Sequence record: PP885688.1
DNA: 64,000 nt
Reading direction: 5' to 3' (one strand)
The position numbers were made by a program, and so were the translations under genes. The number at the start of each line of letters is the position of its first letter. Positions within the stretch are counted from its first letter, which is position 1. The notes beneath the pieces were generated by a model, which ran no database searches, was not told the origin of the DNA, and was given only the letters and a program-made list of their open reading frames with translations. Of the stretch, positions 29,138-38,391 are shown piece by piece.

Positions 29138-32100
29138 TTGTCAGTGACAGCAAGTACGACCGGCGTGGCTCCCACGACGCATATGACCATCCGCAAACGG
29201 AATGGCCAGCTCGAACCCATCAACCTCGACAAGATCGTAAAGGCAGTAACCCGTAGTGCACGTGGCATCACCGATGTAGACCCTGCTCGCGTCGCCGCTA
29301 AGACCATCGGCGGCATCTACGACGGAGCCACCACCCAGGAACTGGATAAGCTCTCCATCGAGACTGCAGCTTCCCTAATTTCTGAACACCTGAATTATTC
29401 CAAGTTAGCTGCCGCCCTGCTGTGCGAGTACATCCGCAAGGAAGCCGCCGGTCAGGGCATCGACTCCTTTTCCTTCAGCATCGACAAAGCCTACGACCTC
29501 AACCTCGTCCCCCAGGTTGTGTTCGATTTCGTGTCCGCCAACTCGCGGAAGCTGAACAACGCGATCGATGACGACAACAACACCAGCTTCGAGTACTACG
29601 GACTGCGCAACGTCTACGATCACCACCTGCTTCGGCACCCCGAGACCGGTAAGGTCATTGAGACCCCACAGCAGTACTTCATGCGCCTCGCAGTGCATCA
29701 GGCCAAGTCTGCGACCGAGGCTGTTCGTGCCTATCGCAAGATGACCGAGGCTGATGCGTATCCTCTTGTTTCCTTCGCGCAGAACGCAGTAAACCACACC
29801 CCTGAACAGTCCGCTCTCGCTGAAGACAACGACATCTTCGTCCGGTCTCTCATGCCGGGTATGGGTCAGGCCGTCGCTGAGCGCACAATCCTCCGCAAGG
29901 ACGCGAACGGTAACTGGGAAGACTGGGGTGATGTCGCCAACCGCGTAGCCCTAGGCAACTCTCTATTAGCCTCCACGCCTGCACACCCCTCCGAGATCGA
30001 ACACCGCCTCCTCCGCCGCCATATCGCCAAGGGCAACACACTGATGTCTGGCCGCCACCTACAGCACGGTGACGCTGATCAGCCGAAGCGCAACATGGAA
30101 GTCTTCACGAACTGCTCGACCGCAGCCGCAACGTTCCTGGAGTTTTACCTCCTGCTGAATGGATCCGGGGTAGGCCGCTGCTACGACGACGACATGATGT
30201 TGGTGAACTGGGACAACGCGCCCAACATCCGCTGCGTGATGGACACCGCTCACCCTGACTTCGTCTGGGGATCCCATGAGTCCCGGCGTGATGCACAGCA
30301 CAAGTACGGCACACCGGCGAACGCGAACTGGTTTGAAGTTCCTGCCGACCGTAACGACTGGGCGAAGGCTCGCGAAGAGTGGGACACGACCGCGCAGACT
30401 TCGTTTGCTCAGCCGGTCGGATCGAACGTCCTCTGGTTCCAGGTTCCTGACTCCCGCGAGGGCTGGGCGAAGGCACTTGAGCTCTGGGAGTTCCTGGCCT
30501 ACGAGAAGGTCCATAAGGACAAGCTCCTGATTCTGGACTTCACTCCAGTTCGTCCGAAGAACGCTCCGATCGGTGGCATGCAGAACCGTCCCGCCAGCGG
30601 CCCCGTGCCTCTGATGAACGCGTTCATGTCCTCCTCGGCGCTCAAGGGGGCAGGCCTCGCACGCTGGAAGCAGACGCTCTACATCGATCACTACTTCGCT
30701 GAGTGCGTACTCGTTGGCGGCGCTCGCCGTGCAGCACGCATGAGCACCAAGCGCTGGAATGATCTGAACGTCCTCGACTTCATCGTCGTCAAGCGTCCTC
30801 TGGAGTACCTGAACGAAGACGTTTCAACCATCACTGCGATTCGGGCCGAGCGGACTAAGCAGGGACTGGATCAGTTGCAGGGTTTCCTCTGGTCCTCGAA
30901 CAACAGCATCACCGTGGACGAAGAGTTCTGGTCTCTGGTCCGCAGCAACAAGCCAGAGTCCGAACAGGGTCCGATTGAGAAACATGCGAAGGCTGTGTTC
31001 AACCTCGCCTGCGCTGCGGCCTATGCCGACGGTACCGGTGAACCCGGCTTCATCAACAGCCACAAGCTAGTGCAGAAGGACCGTGGTTGGAACGACCTGA
31101 TCAAGGGTGAGTACGTCGAGAGCGCGAAGTACAAGCTGAACGACGACACACACCTGCTCATGAATCGCCTGGCGAAGAAGGCCAAGTCGAAACCGTTCAA
31201 CATGATCACCAACCCCTGCGGTGAGATCACTCTCAACCTGCTGGGTGCCTTTTGCGTGATCGCGGACGTGGTTCCGTTCCACTGCGACACTCTCGACGAA
31301 GCAGAGGAGTGCTTCAGGGCCACCACACGTGCCCTCATGCGCGTGAACCTGATGAACTCGATCTACAACAAGGAAGTCAAGCGCACGAATCGTATCGGCG
31401 TCGGACTCACCGGCGTGCACGAGTTCGCATGGAAGTTCTTCGGGTTCGGCTTCCTCGATCTGATCGATGAAGAGAAGAGCCTGGAGTTCTGGCTGACAAT
31501 GGCGCGGTTCAACCGTGCGGTCGCCGACGAAGCGAAGAAGTACGCGGCAGAGCTCGGCGTCGAAGTTCCGCACACGATGACGACGATCAAGCCCGCCGGT
31601 ACCACCTCGAAGCTGTTCGGTCTCACCGAGGGTTGGCACCTTCCTGCAATGGCCTTCTGGCTGCGCTGGGTGCAGTTCCGCTCCGACGATCCGCTGGTTC
31701 AGCAGTACAAGAACAACGGCTATCCGGTCCGCGACGACCTCAAGCAGTACAGCGGCACCACGATCGTTGGCTTCCCGACTGCTCCCACCATCGCAACACT
31801 GGGAATGGGCGACAAGCTGGTGACCGCCGGAAACGCAACGCCGGAGCAGCAGTTCCAGTGGCTGATGTTGGGTGAGAAGTACTGGATCCACGGCACCGAC
31901 GAAGTCGGCACTCCGGTGGCTGAGCAGTACGGCAACCAGATCTCCTACACGCTGAAGTACAAGCCTGGCATCGTCTCCTACGAACACTTCAAGGAGATGA
32001 TCCTGCAGTACCAGAGCCAGGTGCGTTGCTGCTCTGTGATGCCGCAGGAGGATCAGGGCGCGTACGAGTACCTCCCTGAGCAGCCGATCACCGAAGAAGA

Positions 32101-32233
32101 GTACCGCTCGATCAAGGCCGGTCTTGAGCAGAGCGTTTACAAGAAGGCCGAAGTCCAGGAAGAGATTGGCCGTGAGCATCTCAACTGCGACAACGGTGCC
32201 TGCCCGATCGACTTCAACTCGGGTGCCAAGTAA
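29138..32233 (+). CDS. nrdJ: Class II (adenosylcobalamin-type) ribonucleotide reductase with N-terminal ATP cone
   Basis: ATP cone (IRKRNGQLEPINLDKI), FTNCS, VPDSREGW, TNPCGEI, TTIKPAGTTSKL, C-terminal CDNGAC; no class I beta subunit seen in the window. Confidence 0.85.
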   Translation: MSVTASTTGVAPTTHMTIRKRNGQLEPINLDKIVKAVTRSARGITDVDPARVAAKTIGGIYDGATTQELDKLSIETAASLISEHLNYSKLAAALLCEYIRKEAAGQGIDSFSFSIDKAYDLNLVPQVVFDFVSANSRKLNNAIDDDNNTSFEYYGLRNVYDHHLLRHPETGKVIETPQQYFMRLAVHQAKSATEAVRAYRKMTEADAYPLVSFAQNAVNHTPEQSALAEDNDIFVRSLMPGMGQAVAERTILRKDANGNWEDWGDVANRVALGNSLLASTPAHPSEIEHRLLRRHIAKGNTLMSGRHLQHGDADQPKRNMEVFTNCSTAAATFLEFYLLLNGSGVGRCYDDDMMLVNWDNAPNIRCVMDTAHPDFVWGSHESRRDAQHKYGTPANANWFEVPADRNDWAKAREEWDTTAQTSFAQPVGSNVLWFQVPDSREGWAKALELWEFLAYEKVHKDKLLILDFTPVRPKNAPIGGMQNRPASGPVPLMNAFMSSSALKGAGLARWKQTLYIDHYFAECVLVGGARRAARMSTKRWNDLNVLDFIVVKRPLEYLNEDVSTITAIRAERTKQGLDQLQGFLWSSNNSITVDEEFWSLVRSNKPESEQGPIEKHAKAVFNLACAAAYADGTGEPGFINSHKLVQKDRGWNDLIKGEYVESAKYKLNDDTHLLMNRLAKKAKSKPFNMITNPCGEITLNLLGAFCVIADVVPFHCDTLDEAEECFRATTRALMRVNLMNSIYNKEVKRTNRIGVGLTGVHEFAWKFFGFGFLDLIDEEKSLEFWLTMARFNRAVADEAKKYAAELGVEVPHTMTTIKPAGTTSKLFGLTEGWHLPAMAFWLRWVQFRSDDPLVQQYKNNGYPVRDDLKQYSGTTIVGFPTAPTIATLGMGDKLVTAGNATPEQQFQWLMLGEKYWIHGTDEVGTPVAEQYGNQISYTLKYKPGIVSYEHFKEMILQYQSQVRCCSVMPQEDQGAYEYLPEQPITEEEYRSIKAGLEQSVYKKAEVQEEIGREHLNCDNGACPIDFNSGAK

Positions 32234-32470
32234 GTGAGCACGCAGAAGGTACCAGTCTTCCAGCCGCCTATGACCGTCAAGGTCTGGCACACGAACTGGA
32301 AAGGGGAGAGGGCGTTACGCACCATAACGCCCCTCCGCGTGTTCTTCGGCAGCAACCAATGGCATCCGGAGCCACAGTGGCTGCTGGAGGCCAAGGATGA
32401 GGATAAGCAGGCTCTGCGCACTTTCTCGTTCACCGGCCTTGGCTGGGATAAGCCAAAGAATTTCAACTGA
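32234..32470 (+). CDS. Stand-alone WYL-like domain protein
   Basis: TNWKGERALRTITP..W....QWLLEA.D.DK..LRTF. Confidence 0.6.
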   Translation: MSTQKVPVFQPPMTVKVWHTNWKGERALRTITPLRVFFGSNQWHPEPQWLLEAKDEDKQALRTFSFTGLGWDKPKNFN

Positions 32471-32501
32471 TAATCCCAGAACAGAGACCTCAGTGGGTAT
32501 T
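32470..32501 (+). promoter_or_regulatory. Class B promoter-like motif overlapping a 12-bp hairpin
   Basis: ATAATC-N19-GGGTATT; the core lies in the loop of AGACCTCAGTGG/CCACTGAGGTCT followed by TTTT. Confidence 0.7.
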
Positions 32502-32520
32502 AGCCACTGAGGTCTTTTTC

Positions 32521-33033
32521 ATGCAAGTAAAATACCGTGACTTTCTCGTCTATCTGGCTGGCCCGATATCTGGCTTGACCTACGCAGGCGGCCAGGGCTG
32601 GCGTGAATACGTCGCTCAGGCGCTCCCACAAGAGATTCGTGCTATCTCCCCACTCCGGGCCAAGTCCCAGATGCTCTCACGCGTTGGCGTGATCGAGGAT
32701 TCCTACGAGGACAACCCGTTGACCTCGACCTCCGGCATCACCACACGCGATCGTCAGGACTGCACACGTGCCGACGCCGTCCTCTTCAACATGCTCGGTG
32801 CGACGCGCGTTTCTGTCGGTACCTGCATGGAGTTCGGTTGGGCTGATCTCGCACGTATCCCGATCATTCTCGTGATGGAGAAGAGCGGCAACGTCCATGA
32901 CCATCCGATGGTCCGAGGCGTGACTGGTTACCGTGTCGATAACCTCGACGACGCTATCAAGATTCTTGAGGCGGTGTTGATGCCTGAAGGTGTTGGGACG
33001 CCGAGGGAATTGCTGCCTGTAGCGCAGAGCTAA
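32521..33033 (+). CDS. Nucleoside 2-deoxyribosyltransferase-like / nucleotide hydrolase
   Basis: VYLAGPI..RD..DCTRADAVL..SVGTCMEFGWA. Confidence 0.85.
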   Translation: MQVKYRDFLVYLAGPISGLTYAGGQGWREYVAQALPQEIRAISPLRAKSQMLSRVGVIEDSYEDNPLTSTSGITTRDRQDCTRADAVLFNMLGATRVSVGTCMEFGWADLARIPIILVMEKSGNVHDHPMVRGVTGYRVDNLDDAIKILEAVLMPEGVGTPRELLPVAQS

Positions 33034-33409
33034 GCGGCTTCCAGAACCTGTCCCAGTCTTCGAGCTGATCGTATTTGACGTCCCCTTCTTCAAGGTAAAG
33101 GCCTTTGGAGAGGGGGATGGCAGATTCCGGGTGCAGACAGATCAGCAGATTATCGAAGGTAGCTGGTTGCTCCGTGTGTTTCACCATCGGAAACAGGAAG
33201 GCGAGGTAGTTCGGTAATTCCACGTCCTCCGGGTTGGTGTATCCGATCGTGATGTATCCCCTGGGCTCATTCTCGCTCGAAGGAACGATGTAAGGCACCG
33301 GCACAGCAACCCACTGATGAGCTCCATCGCTCATCTTGAGTAGGTGTTCATTGAGTTCAGCGAGAGAGACAACGTATCCGTGGTTCAGTTCATAGCCATA
33401 ACGAATCAT
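32957..33409 (-). CDS. Hypothetical protein (150 aa), probably leaderless
   Basis: ATG 4 nt after class A promoter motif; start corrected from ORF track; convergent overlap with the upstream gene. Confidence 0.6.
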   Translation of the reverse strand: MIRYGYELNHGYVVSLAELNEHLLKMSDGAHQWVAVPVPYIVPSSENEPRGYITIGYTNPEDVELPNYLAFLFPMVKHTEQPATFDNLLICLHPESAIPLSKGLYLEEGDVKYDQLEDWDRFWKPLSSALQAAIPSASQHLQASTPPQES

Positions 33410-33413
33410 GTCT

Positions 33414-33446
33414 TCAACCTGCAGACCAAATCGGCCCAAAGATGAA
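33414..33446 (-). promoter_or_regulatory. Class A promoter-like motif (TTCATCTTT-N13-CTGCAGGTTGA)
   Basis: Variant of the 6-copy motif with identical spacing. Confidence 0.7.
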
Positions 33447-33469
33447 AATTGCCGGAAGAAAGTTAATTT

Positions 33470-33838
33470 GTGGGACTTACAGACGATAAAGCGGTGGAGA
33501 TCGCGAAGCTGATCAACAACACCGTCTTCCGGTTCAGTGATGAGAAGACGCTGCAGGATCGCATCGAGGATCTCCTGAAATCCAAAGGGGTTGAGTACGC
33601 CAGAGAGGTGATTCTCTCGCCCCGCAACCGCATCGACTTCATGTCTGGCCGCGTCGGCATCGAGATCAAAGTCGATTCCAGCGCGACTACGGTACAACGT
33701 CAGCTCTGGCGCTACGCCGAGGACGAACGGATCGACACGCTCATTCTGGTCACCAGTCTGAGCAAGCATCGAGAGATCGCACGCGAGATTTTAGGTAAGC
33801 CCGTAATAGTTGTGCATCTTTTAGCTTCCATTTTCTAG
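33470..33838 (+). CDS. PD-(D/E)xK restriction-endonuclease-like protein
   Basis: E..L..RIDF..GIEIK..QLWRYA motif; adjacent to SNF2 helicase. Confidence 0.7.
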   Translation: MGLTDDKAVEIAKLINNTVFRFSDEKTLQDRIEDLLKSKGVEYAREVILSPRNRIDFMSGRVGIEIKVDSSATTVQRQLWRYAEDERIDTLILVTSLSKHREIAREILGKPVIVVHLLASIF

Positions 33839-33861
33839 GAAGTGCCCTCCCGATGGGTATT
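33830..33861 (+). promoter_or_regulatory. Class B promoter-like motif (ATTTTC-N19-GGGTATT)
   Basis: Conserved spacing; upstream of SNF2 gene. Confidence 0.65.
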
Positions 33862-33884
33862 AGCCCTTGAGGGACTAAGGGCAG

Positions 33885-35600
33885 ATGCGTACGTACGGCA
33901 CAATCACTCACGACCTAAAGAACAAACGCTGGCTCATCAAGTGTGAGCCGCATGTCGTGATGCGCCTCAAGCGCGTGTTCGGCAAGATCGACAAGTCGGA
34001 TCACGGCGTCCTGAAACTCTCCGCGACCAAGGAGAACAGCCGCGATCTGGAATGGTTCATCGAGCGCTATCCGATGGAGGTCAGCCCTCCCGGTGTGCTC
34101 CGAGAGCTGTCACAGGCACACAAGGACAACGAGACCATCCTCGCCGCGCTCCTGGGAGGCCAGCAGAAGCCCCTCCAGATTGCTTTGAAGCTTCCGGCCC
34201 GTGACTACCAGGTCGAAGCCGCCAACATGTGGGAGATCGTCAAAGGCTACCTCCTGGGCGATGACGTTGGTCTTGGTAAGACCGCCAGTGCGATCGCTGG
34301 ACTGGTTCAACCCGGCAAGCTTCCCGCGCTCGTCGTGACGCTGACTCACCTCCCGCCGCAATGGAAGAGGGAGATCGAGCGCTTCACCGGCCTTGAGGTT
34401 CACATTCTCAAGAAGGGCACACCGTACGACATCACCAAGTATCACGGTGGCCGATTCCCGGACATCATCGTCTCGAACTATCACAAACTTTCCGGATGGG
34501 TCGACACTCTTGCCGGTCTCGTGAAGGCCGTTGTGTTCGATGAGGTGCATGAGCTCCGGAACACAGGCAGCGCCAAGTACGCTGCCGCGAAGTTCATCGC
34601 TGACTCTGTGGAGTTCAAGCTCGGCCTCTCTGCCACACCGATCTTCAACTACGGCAGCGAGATCTACAACATCCTCAACGTGCTCCGTCCCGATGCCCTC
34701 GGGACCTATGAGGAGTTCTATCGCGAGTGGTGCACCCAGACCTATGGCGGTAAGACGCTCATCAAGGATCCAGCTGCTTTCGGTCTCTATCTTCGTGAAG
34801 CCGGTCTCATGTTGCGCCGCACCCGACTCGACGTGAGGAGGGAACTCAAACCGATCACGGTGGTTCCTCACACTGTCGACGCTGACCCCAACGTCATGAA
34901 GACGATGAAGGGTAAGGCGATTGAGCTCGCCAAACTTGTTCTCTCCCAGGGCGAGGCCTTCAAGGGCCAGAAGATGCAGGCCGCCGGTGAGTTCGACGTG
35001 AAGATGCGTCAGGCCACTGGAATCGCCAAGGCCCCGTATGTCGCGGAGTTCGTCAAGTTCCTGCACGAGGAGTGTGGAGAAAAGATCGTCCTCTTCGGCT
35101 GGCATCGTGAGGTCTACGAGATCTGGATGGAGCAGCTGCGGGATCTGAAGCCGGTCATGTATACGGGCTCAGAGTCAGCCGCCCAGAAAGAAGTATCCCG
35201 CAAAGCCTTCATGGAGGGAGACTCCCAGGTCCTCATCATCAGCCTTCGCTCCGGCGCTGGACTCGATGGTCTGCAGGACGTCTGTAAGATCGGCGTCTTC
35301 GGAGAGCTCGACTATTCGCCCGCTGTACACATACAGTGCGGTGGCCGTATTCACCGTGACGGACAGGACGAACCCGTCATCCTTTACTACCTCATTGCAG
35401 ACTCGGGATCTGACCCAGTGATCAGCGACATCCTTGGTGTCAAGCGTCAGCAGTTGGAAGGTATCAATTCGCCTAAGCCGGAGTTCATCGAGAACCTGCA
35501 GGTCGAAGCGGACTACATAAAACGTTTGGCACAAGACTTCCTGTTGAAGAACGGGGAGCAGCTGCCGGAACCAGAAATCACACAGGAGAGTGCAGCATGA
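33885..35600 (+). CDS. SNF2-family helicase/ATPase
   Basis: DDVGLGKT, FDEVH, LSATP, LRRT, GAGLDGLQ, QCGGRIHRDGQ. Confidence 0.92.
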   Translation: MRTYGTITHDLKNKRWLIKCEPHVVMRLKRVFGKIDKSDHGVLKLSATKENSRDLEWFIERYPMEVSPPGVLRELSQAHKDNETILAALLGGQQKPLQIALKLPARDYQVEAANMWEIVKGYLLGDDVGLGKTASAIAGLVQPGKLPALVVTLTHLPPQWKREIERFTGLEVHILKKGTPYDITKYHGGRFPDIIVSNYHKLSGWVDTLAGLVKAVVFDEVHELRNTGSAKYAAAKFIADSVEFKLGLSATPIFNYGSEIYNILNVLRPDALGTYEEFYREWCTQTYGGKTLIKDPAAFGLYLREAGLMLRRTRLDVRRELKPITVVPHTVDADPNVMKTMKGKAIELAKLVLSQGEAFKGQKMQAAGEFDVKMRQATGIAKAPYVAEFVKFLHEECGEKIVLFGWHREVYEIWMEQLRDLKPVMYTGSESAAQKEVSRKAFMEGDSQVLIISLRSGAGLDGLQDVCKIGVFGELDYSPAVHIQCGGRIHRDGQDEPVILYYLIADSGSDPVISDILGVKRQQLEGINSPKPEFIENLQVEADYIKRLAQDFLLKNGEQLPEPEITQESAA

Positions 35601-36013
35601 AATTTTTCAGTCTCAAGATCGGTGAAACCTTTTTCATCGAAGAAAAGAAGAACGGTAAAGTAACCGGCACCACCACCGCAACCAAGACCTCGGCCCTCGG
35701 ATACACCATGGTCGGCGAAGAGGTTCTCGGCGAACACTCGATCGAGCCAATGACAGACGGCAAGATTGTCACCCAGGCAGAGAAGAATCCGAAGCCTGCA
35801 GCAGCCCCGGCGTTCGCCTCCGTCAAGCAGGTACCGATCATTGGTAAGCCTCCCGTGAAGGGTGTAGCAACCGCACGTCCGGCATCCCCCAAGGCTTCCG
35901 TGCCCAAGGTCGCTGTCCCGGTCGTTGCTCCGAAGCCCGCTGCAAAGAAGGCACCAGCGAAGAAGGCTGCTGCCAAGAAAGCGCCTGCAAAAAAGAAGGC
36001 CGCGAAGAAGTAA
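35597..36013 (+). CDS. Histone H1-like, Lys/Ala/Pro-rich protein
   Basis: C-terminal PAAKKAPAKKAAAKKAPAKKKAAKK after a small globular N-terminus. Confidence 0.7.
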   Translation: MKFFSLKIGETFFIEEKKNGKVTGTTTATKTSALGYTMVGEEVLGEHSIEPMTDGKIVTQAEKNPKPAAAPAFASVKQVPIIGKPPVKGVATARPASPKASVPKVAVPVVAPKPAAKKAPAKKAAAKKAPAKKKAAKK

Positions 36014-36074
36014 CAGCTGTCCTAGTTTGTAACCAAACCCCCTAATTCAGGGGGTTTTGTTGCAGATAATTGCA

Positions 36075-36114
36075 GCTATAACAAAGCCTCCCTTTTGGGA
36101 GGCTTTGTTATAGC
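36075..36114. terminator. Bidirectional terminator-like perfect 18-bp inverted repeat
   Basis: GCTATAACAAAGCCTCCC-TTTT-GGGAGGCTTTGTTATAGC between convergent genes. Confidence 0.75.
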
Positions 36115-36129
36115 GGGGAGGGCTACTGA

Positions 36130-37764
36130 CTACGCTGCGGAGTGCTTCATCTTCACGCCGGTGACCTTGCGGCTGTCGATCACAGGAGAGATGAACTCGG
36201 CGATGATGCCACGGTCACGGCTCACTAGGTACGCCTGCATCGCACGGTCGGAGCAGATGTAACCGCTGTTCGCAGTCCAACGATCCTTACCGGCGAGACT
36301 CGAGACCTGGTAGTGCTTCATGCCGTGGATCTCACGAACCATCTCCTGGTGGAGGTGACCCGAGAATCCATAGTGACGATCAGCCTGACGCCAGAGCTCG
36401 CGTGCTTCCTTGCTCATCACCGACTGCATATCGCCGACCTTCATGCCGTGTCCATGCCAGAAGCCCAGGCAGGAGTTGCCATACAAGGTGAACTTGCGCG
36501 GCTTCGGCGAGAACTGTACGTCGACACGCTTGTTGTTACGGAACCATGCCTTCATGTAAAGCATGCAGCTCAGCGCTGAATCCTCGTCATGGTTTCCGGG
36601 TACAGCGAGCCACTCGACAGGTGCGATCTGAGCAAGCATTTCCGCGTGCTCTACGGCCAGCTCACAACCCTCAATGAGGATCTGTGCACGCGTGCCGTCA
36701 ACGTCCTGCGGAGTACCGCGAGTCGTCATGTGCTGAGGATTGTCGACGTGGAAGTAGTCTGACGCCGAGGCGCAGATGATCTTCTCAGGGCGACCGAACA
36801 GCGAGACATACTTCGCCAGCGCCTGGGTGTGATGGAGGAGCAGGTGACGAGCTTCAGCGCGGGTGTAGCTATCGCCGGTCTCATCTTCCCAGCCATGCTT
36901 ACCGTAGTGGAGATCGAACGGAGCGACGACCATCGCAAACTTCTCACGTGCCTTCGCGATGTTGAGTACAGGAGCGCGATGCTTTGGTGCATTCAACTCG
37001 ATGTGGCTGAACAGTGGCAGGAGGACGTTCTGCTCGAAGTTGACCCACTTGTCGGAGTTCTTCTTCGTCTCAAGCCACTTCTCATTTTCGAACTTCTTAT
37101 AGAGCGAGAGGCGACGCATCTGCAGAGCGTCCTGCACCATATCCTCTTCAGGACGGTCACGGACCTCTTCTTCGGTGAACGGTTCAGAGTCGTGCGTCCA
37201 GCCCAGCAACGCCTTCATCTCCATGAACCAGTCGCGGCGGATTCCGAAGGTGCGGCAGATCTCATTGATCGACTGAGGCTGACCATCCCAGTTCGAATAA
37301 GCGATCTTCATGTTCTTGACCTGCACGCCGGACAGGGTCAGACGCACACCAGCGCGATCAAGGAAGATGAGATAGGTGTCAGTGTTCTCGTTGTAGACGT
37401 AGGACTGGTTGAACACAATCTCTGAGTCGACTACTTCCTTCACCTTCTGGCTGTTTGAGACTTTGCCGGGATCGGGCGTCATTCCTGCTGCTTTGCGGAA
37501 ATCAGAGAAGCGGCCAAAGAAACCCTGCCATGCTCCTTCGCTGTATCGACCATGTGCGCGATAGAAATTGCGAGTTACGGTAGCTTCCGGATTCTCAGTC
37601 TGTACGCGCTGTAGATCTGCAATAAGACCTTCACGTGTCGGGGCGGTGGACTCTGTGACGGGCTCTTCTGTGTTGGACTTGCGACCGCGTTGCTGTCCCG
37701 GTCGCTGCTTCGTAGCTTTCTTTGGCGCTTTCTTATTCAAGGCGTCTCCGTGGTTCAAAGGCAT
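36130..37764 (-). CDS. Calcineurin-like metallophosphoesterase with N-terminal homing-endonuclease-associated repeat and HTH
   Basis: DLHYGK, SDYFH, GNHD, WHGH, GHLH motifs; N-terminal LIADLQRV..FYRAHGRYS..FGRFSDFRKAAG. Confidence 0.8.
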   Translation of the reverse strand: MPLNHGDALNKKAPKKATKQRPGQQRGRKSNTEEPVTESTAPTREGLIADLQRVQTENPEATVTRNFYRAHGRYSEGAWQGFFGRFSDFRKAAGMTPDPGKVSNSQKVKEVVDSEIVFNQSYVYNENTDTYLIFLDRAGVRLTLSGVQVKNMKIAYSNWDGQPQSINEICRTFGIRRDWFMEMKALLGWTHDSEPFTEEEVRDRPEEDMVQDALQMRRLSLYKKFENEKWLETKKNSDKWVNFEQNVLLPLFSHIELNAPKHRAPVLNIAKAREKFAMVVAPFDLHYGKHGWEDETGDSYTRAEARHLLLHHTQALAKYVSLFGRPEKIICASASDYFHVDNPQHMTTRGTPQDVDGTRAQILIEGCELAVEHAEMLAQIAPVEWLAVPGNHDEDSALSCMLYMKAWFRNNKRVDVQFSPKPRKFTLYGNSCLGFWHGHGMKVGDMQSVMSKEARELWRQADRHYGFSGHLHQEMVREIHGMKHYQVSSLAGKDRWTANSGYICSDRAMQAYLVSRDRGIIAEFISPVIDSRKVTGVKMKHSAA

Positions 37765-37817
37765 ATCGAATGGCCCCGTAGTCGGAATTCCTACCTTTGG
37801 TAACCCTTCACAGGGCT

Positions 37818-37849
37818 AATACCCATCCAGTGGCCGCTTACCCGATTAC
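37818..37849 (-). promoter_or_regulatory. Class B promoter-like motif (GTAATC-N19-GGGTATT)
   Basis: Conserved boxes and spacing, oriented toward the phosphoesterase gene. Confidence 0.7.
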
Positions 37850-37874
37850 TGACCCATAGGTAGGGGTGAGAAAT

Positions 37875-38360
37875 ATGCGGGTCGTCGTCGACAAGCACGA
37901 AGAGAAGAAGTTCCGGAGGCGAGCACTCAGCCACATGCCGAACGAGTACATGGAAGTGATGTATGGATATGTCGAAGGCGACACCGTAGTGGTCTGTGCC
38001 TTCGTCGATATCGATCACGAAGGGACCCCGAAGTCGATTGCTTACGATCAAGAAGAGATCGAGCGGCAGAAGGGACTCGCGGAGAAGAGCGGGCTCACAC
38101 TACTCGGCACGATCCACACTCACCCAGACCGCGAAGAGGGGATCTACAGCGAGTGCGATGCGCGTGACTCCTACCACAACGAAGAGAAGTTGTTCGCGAT
38201 CTGCAGCATCCACACGAAGTCAGGGAAGCGCAGGACTGTGGACATCTGGTACTGGCCCGGAGTGACACCGCTCGAAGTGGAGTACCGCGAGACTGTGTCG
38301 ACGCCGGAAGCCGACCGAGCCCGTGAGCGCCGCCTTCTCAACAAGGAAAGCAAGGTCTGA
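37875..38360 (+). CDS. JAB/MPN (JAMM) metalloprotease domain protein
   Basis: NEYME ... IHTHP-x7-S-x2-D JAMM-like motif. Confidence 0.8.
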   Translation: MRVVVDKHEEKKFRRRALSHMPNEYMEVMYGYVEGDTVVVCAFVDIDHEGTPKSIAYDQEEIERQKGLAEKSGLTLLGTIHTHPDREEGIYSECDARDSYHNEEKLFAICSIHTKSGKRRTVDIWYWPGVTPLEVEYRETVSTPEADRARERRLLNKESKV

Positions 38361-38391
38361 TTACTGGACCCCTATAGAGAGGGACATCCAG

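Noticed and set aside
8341-38380. Possible late promoter ACT-Nx-(C/T)(C/T)ATAG at ~8355, 13660, 29003, 37848, 38363
   Set aside because: Spacing varies from 4 to 11 nt and the motif is short; it cannot be separated from chance by eye.
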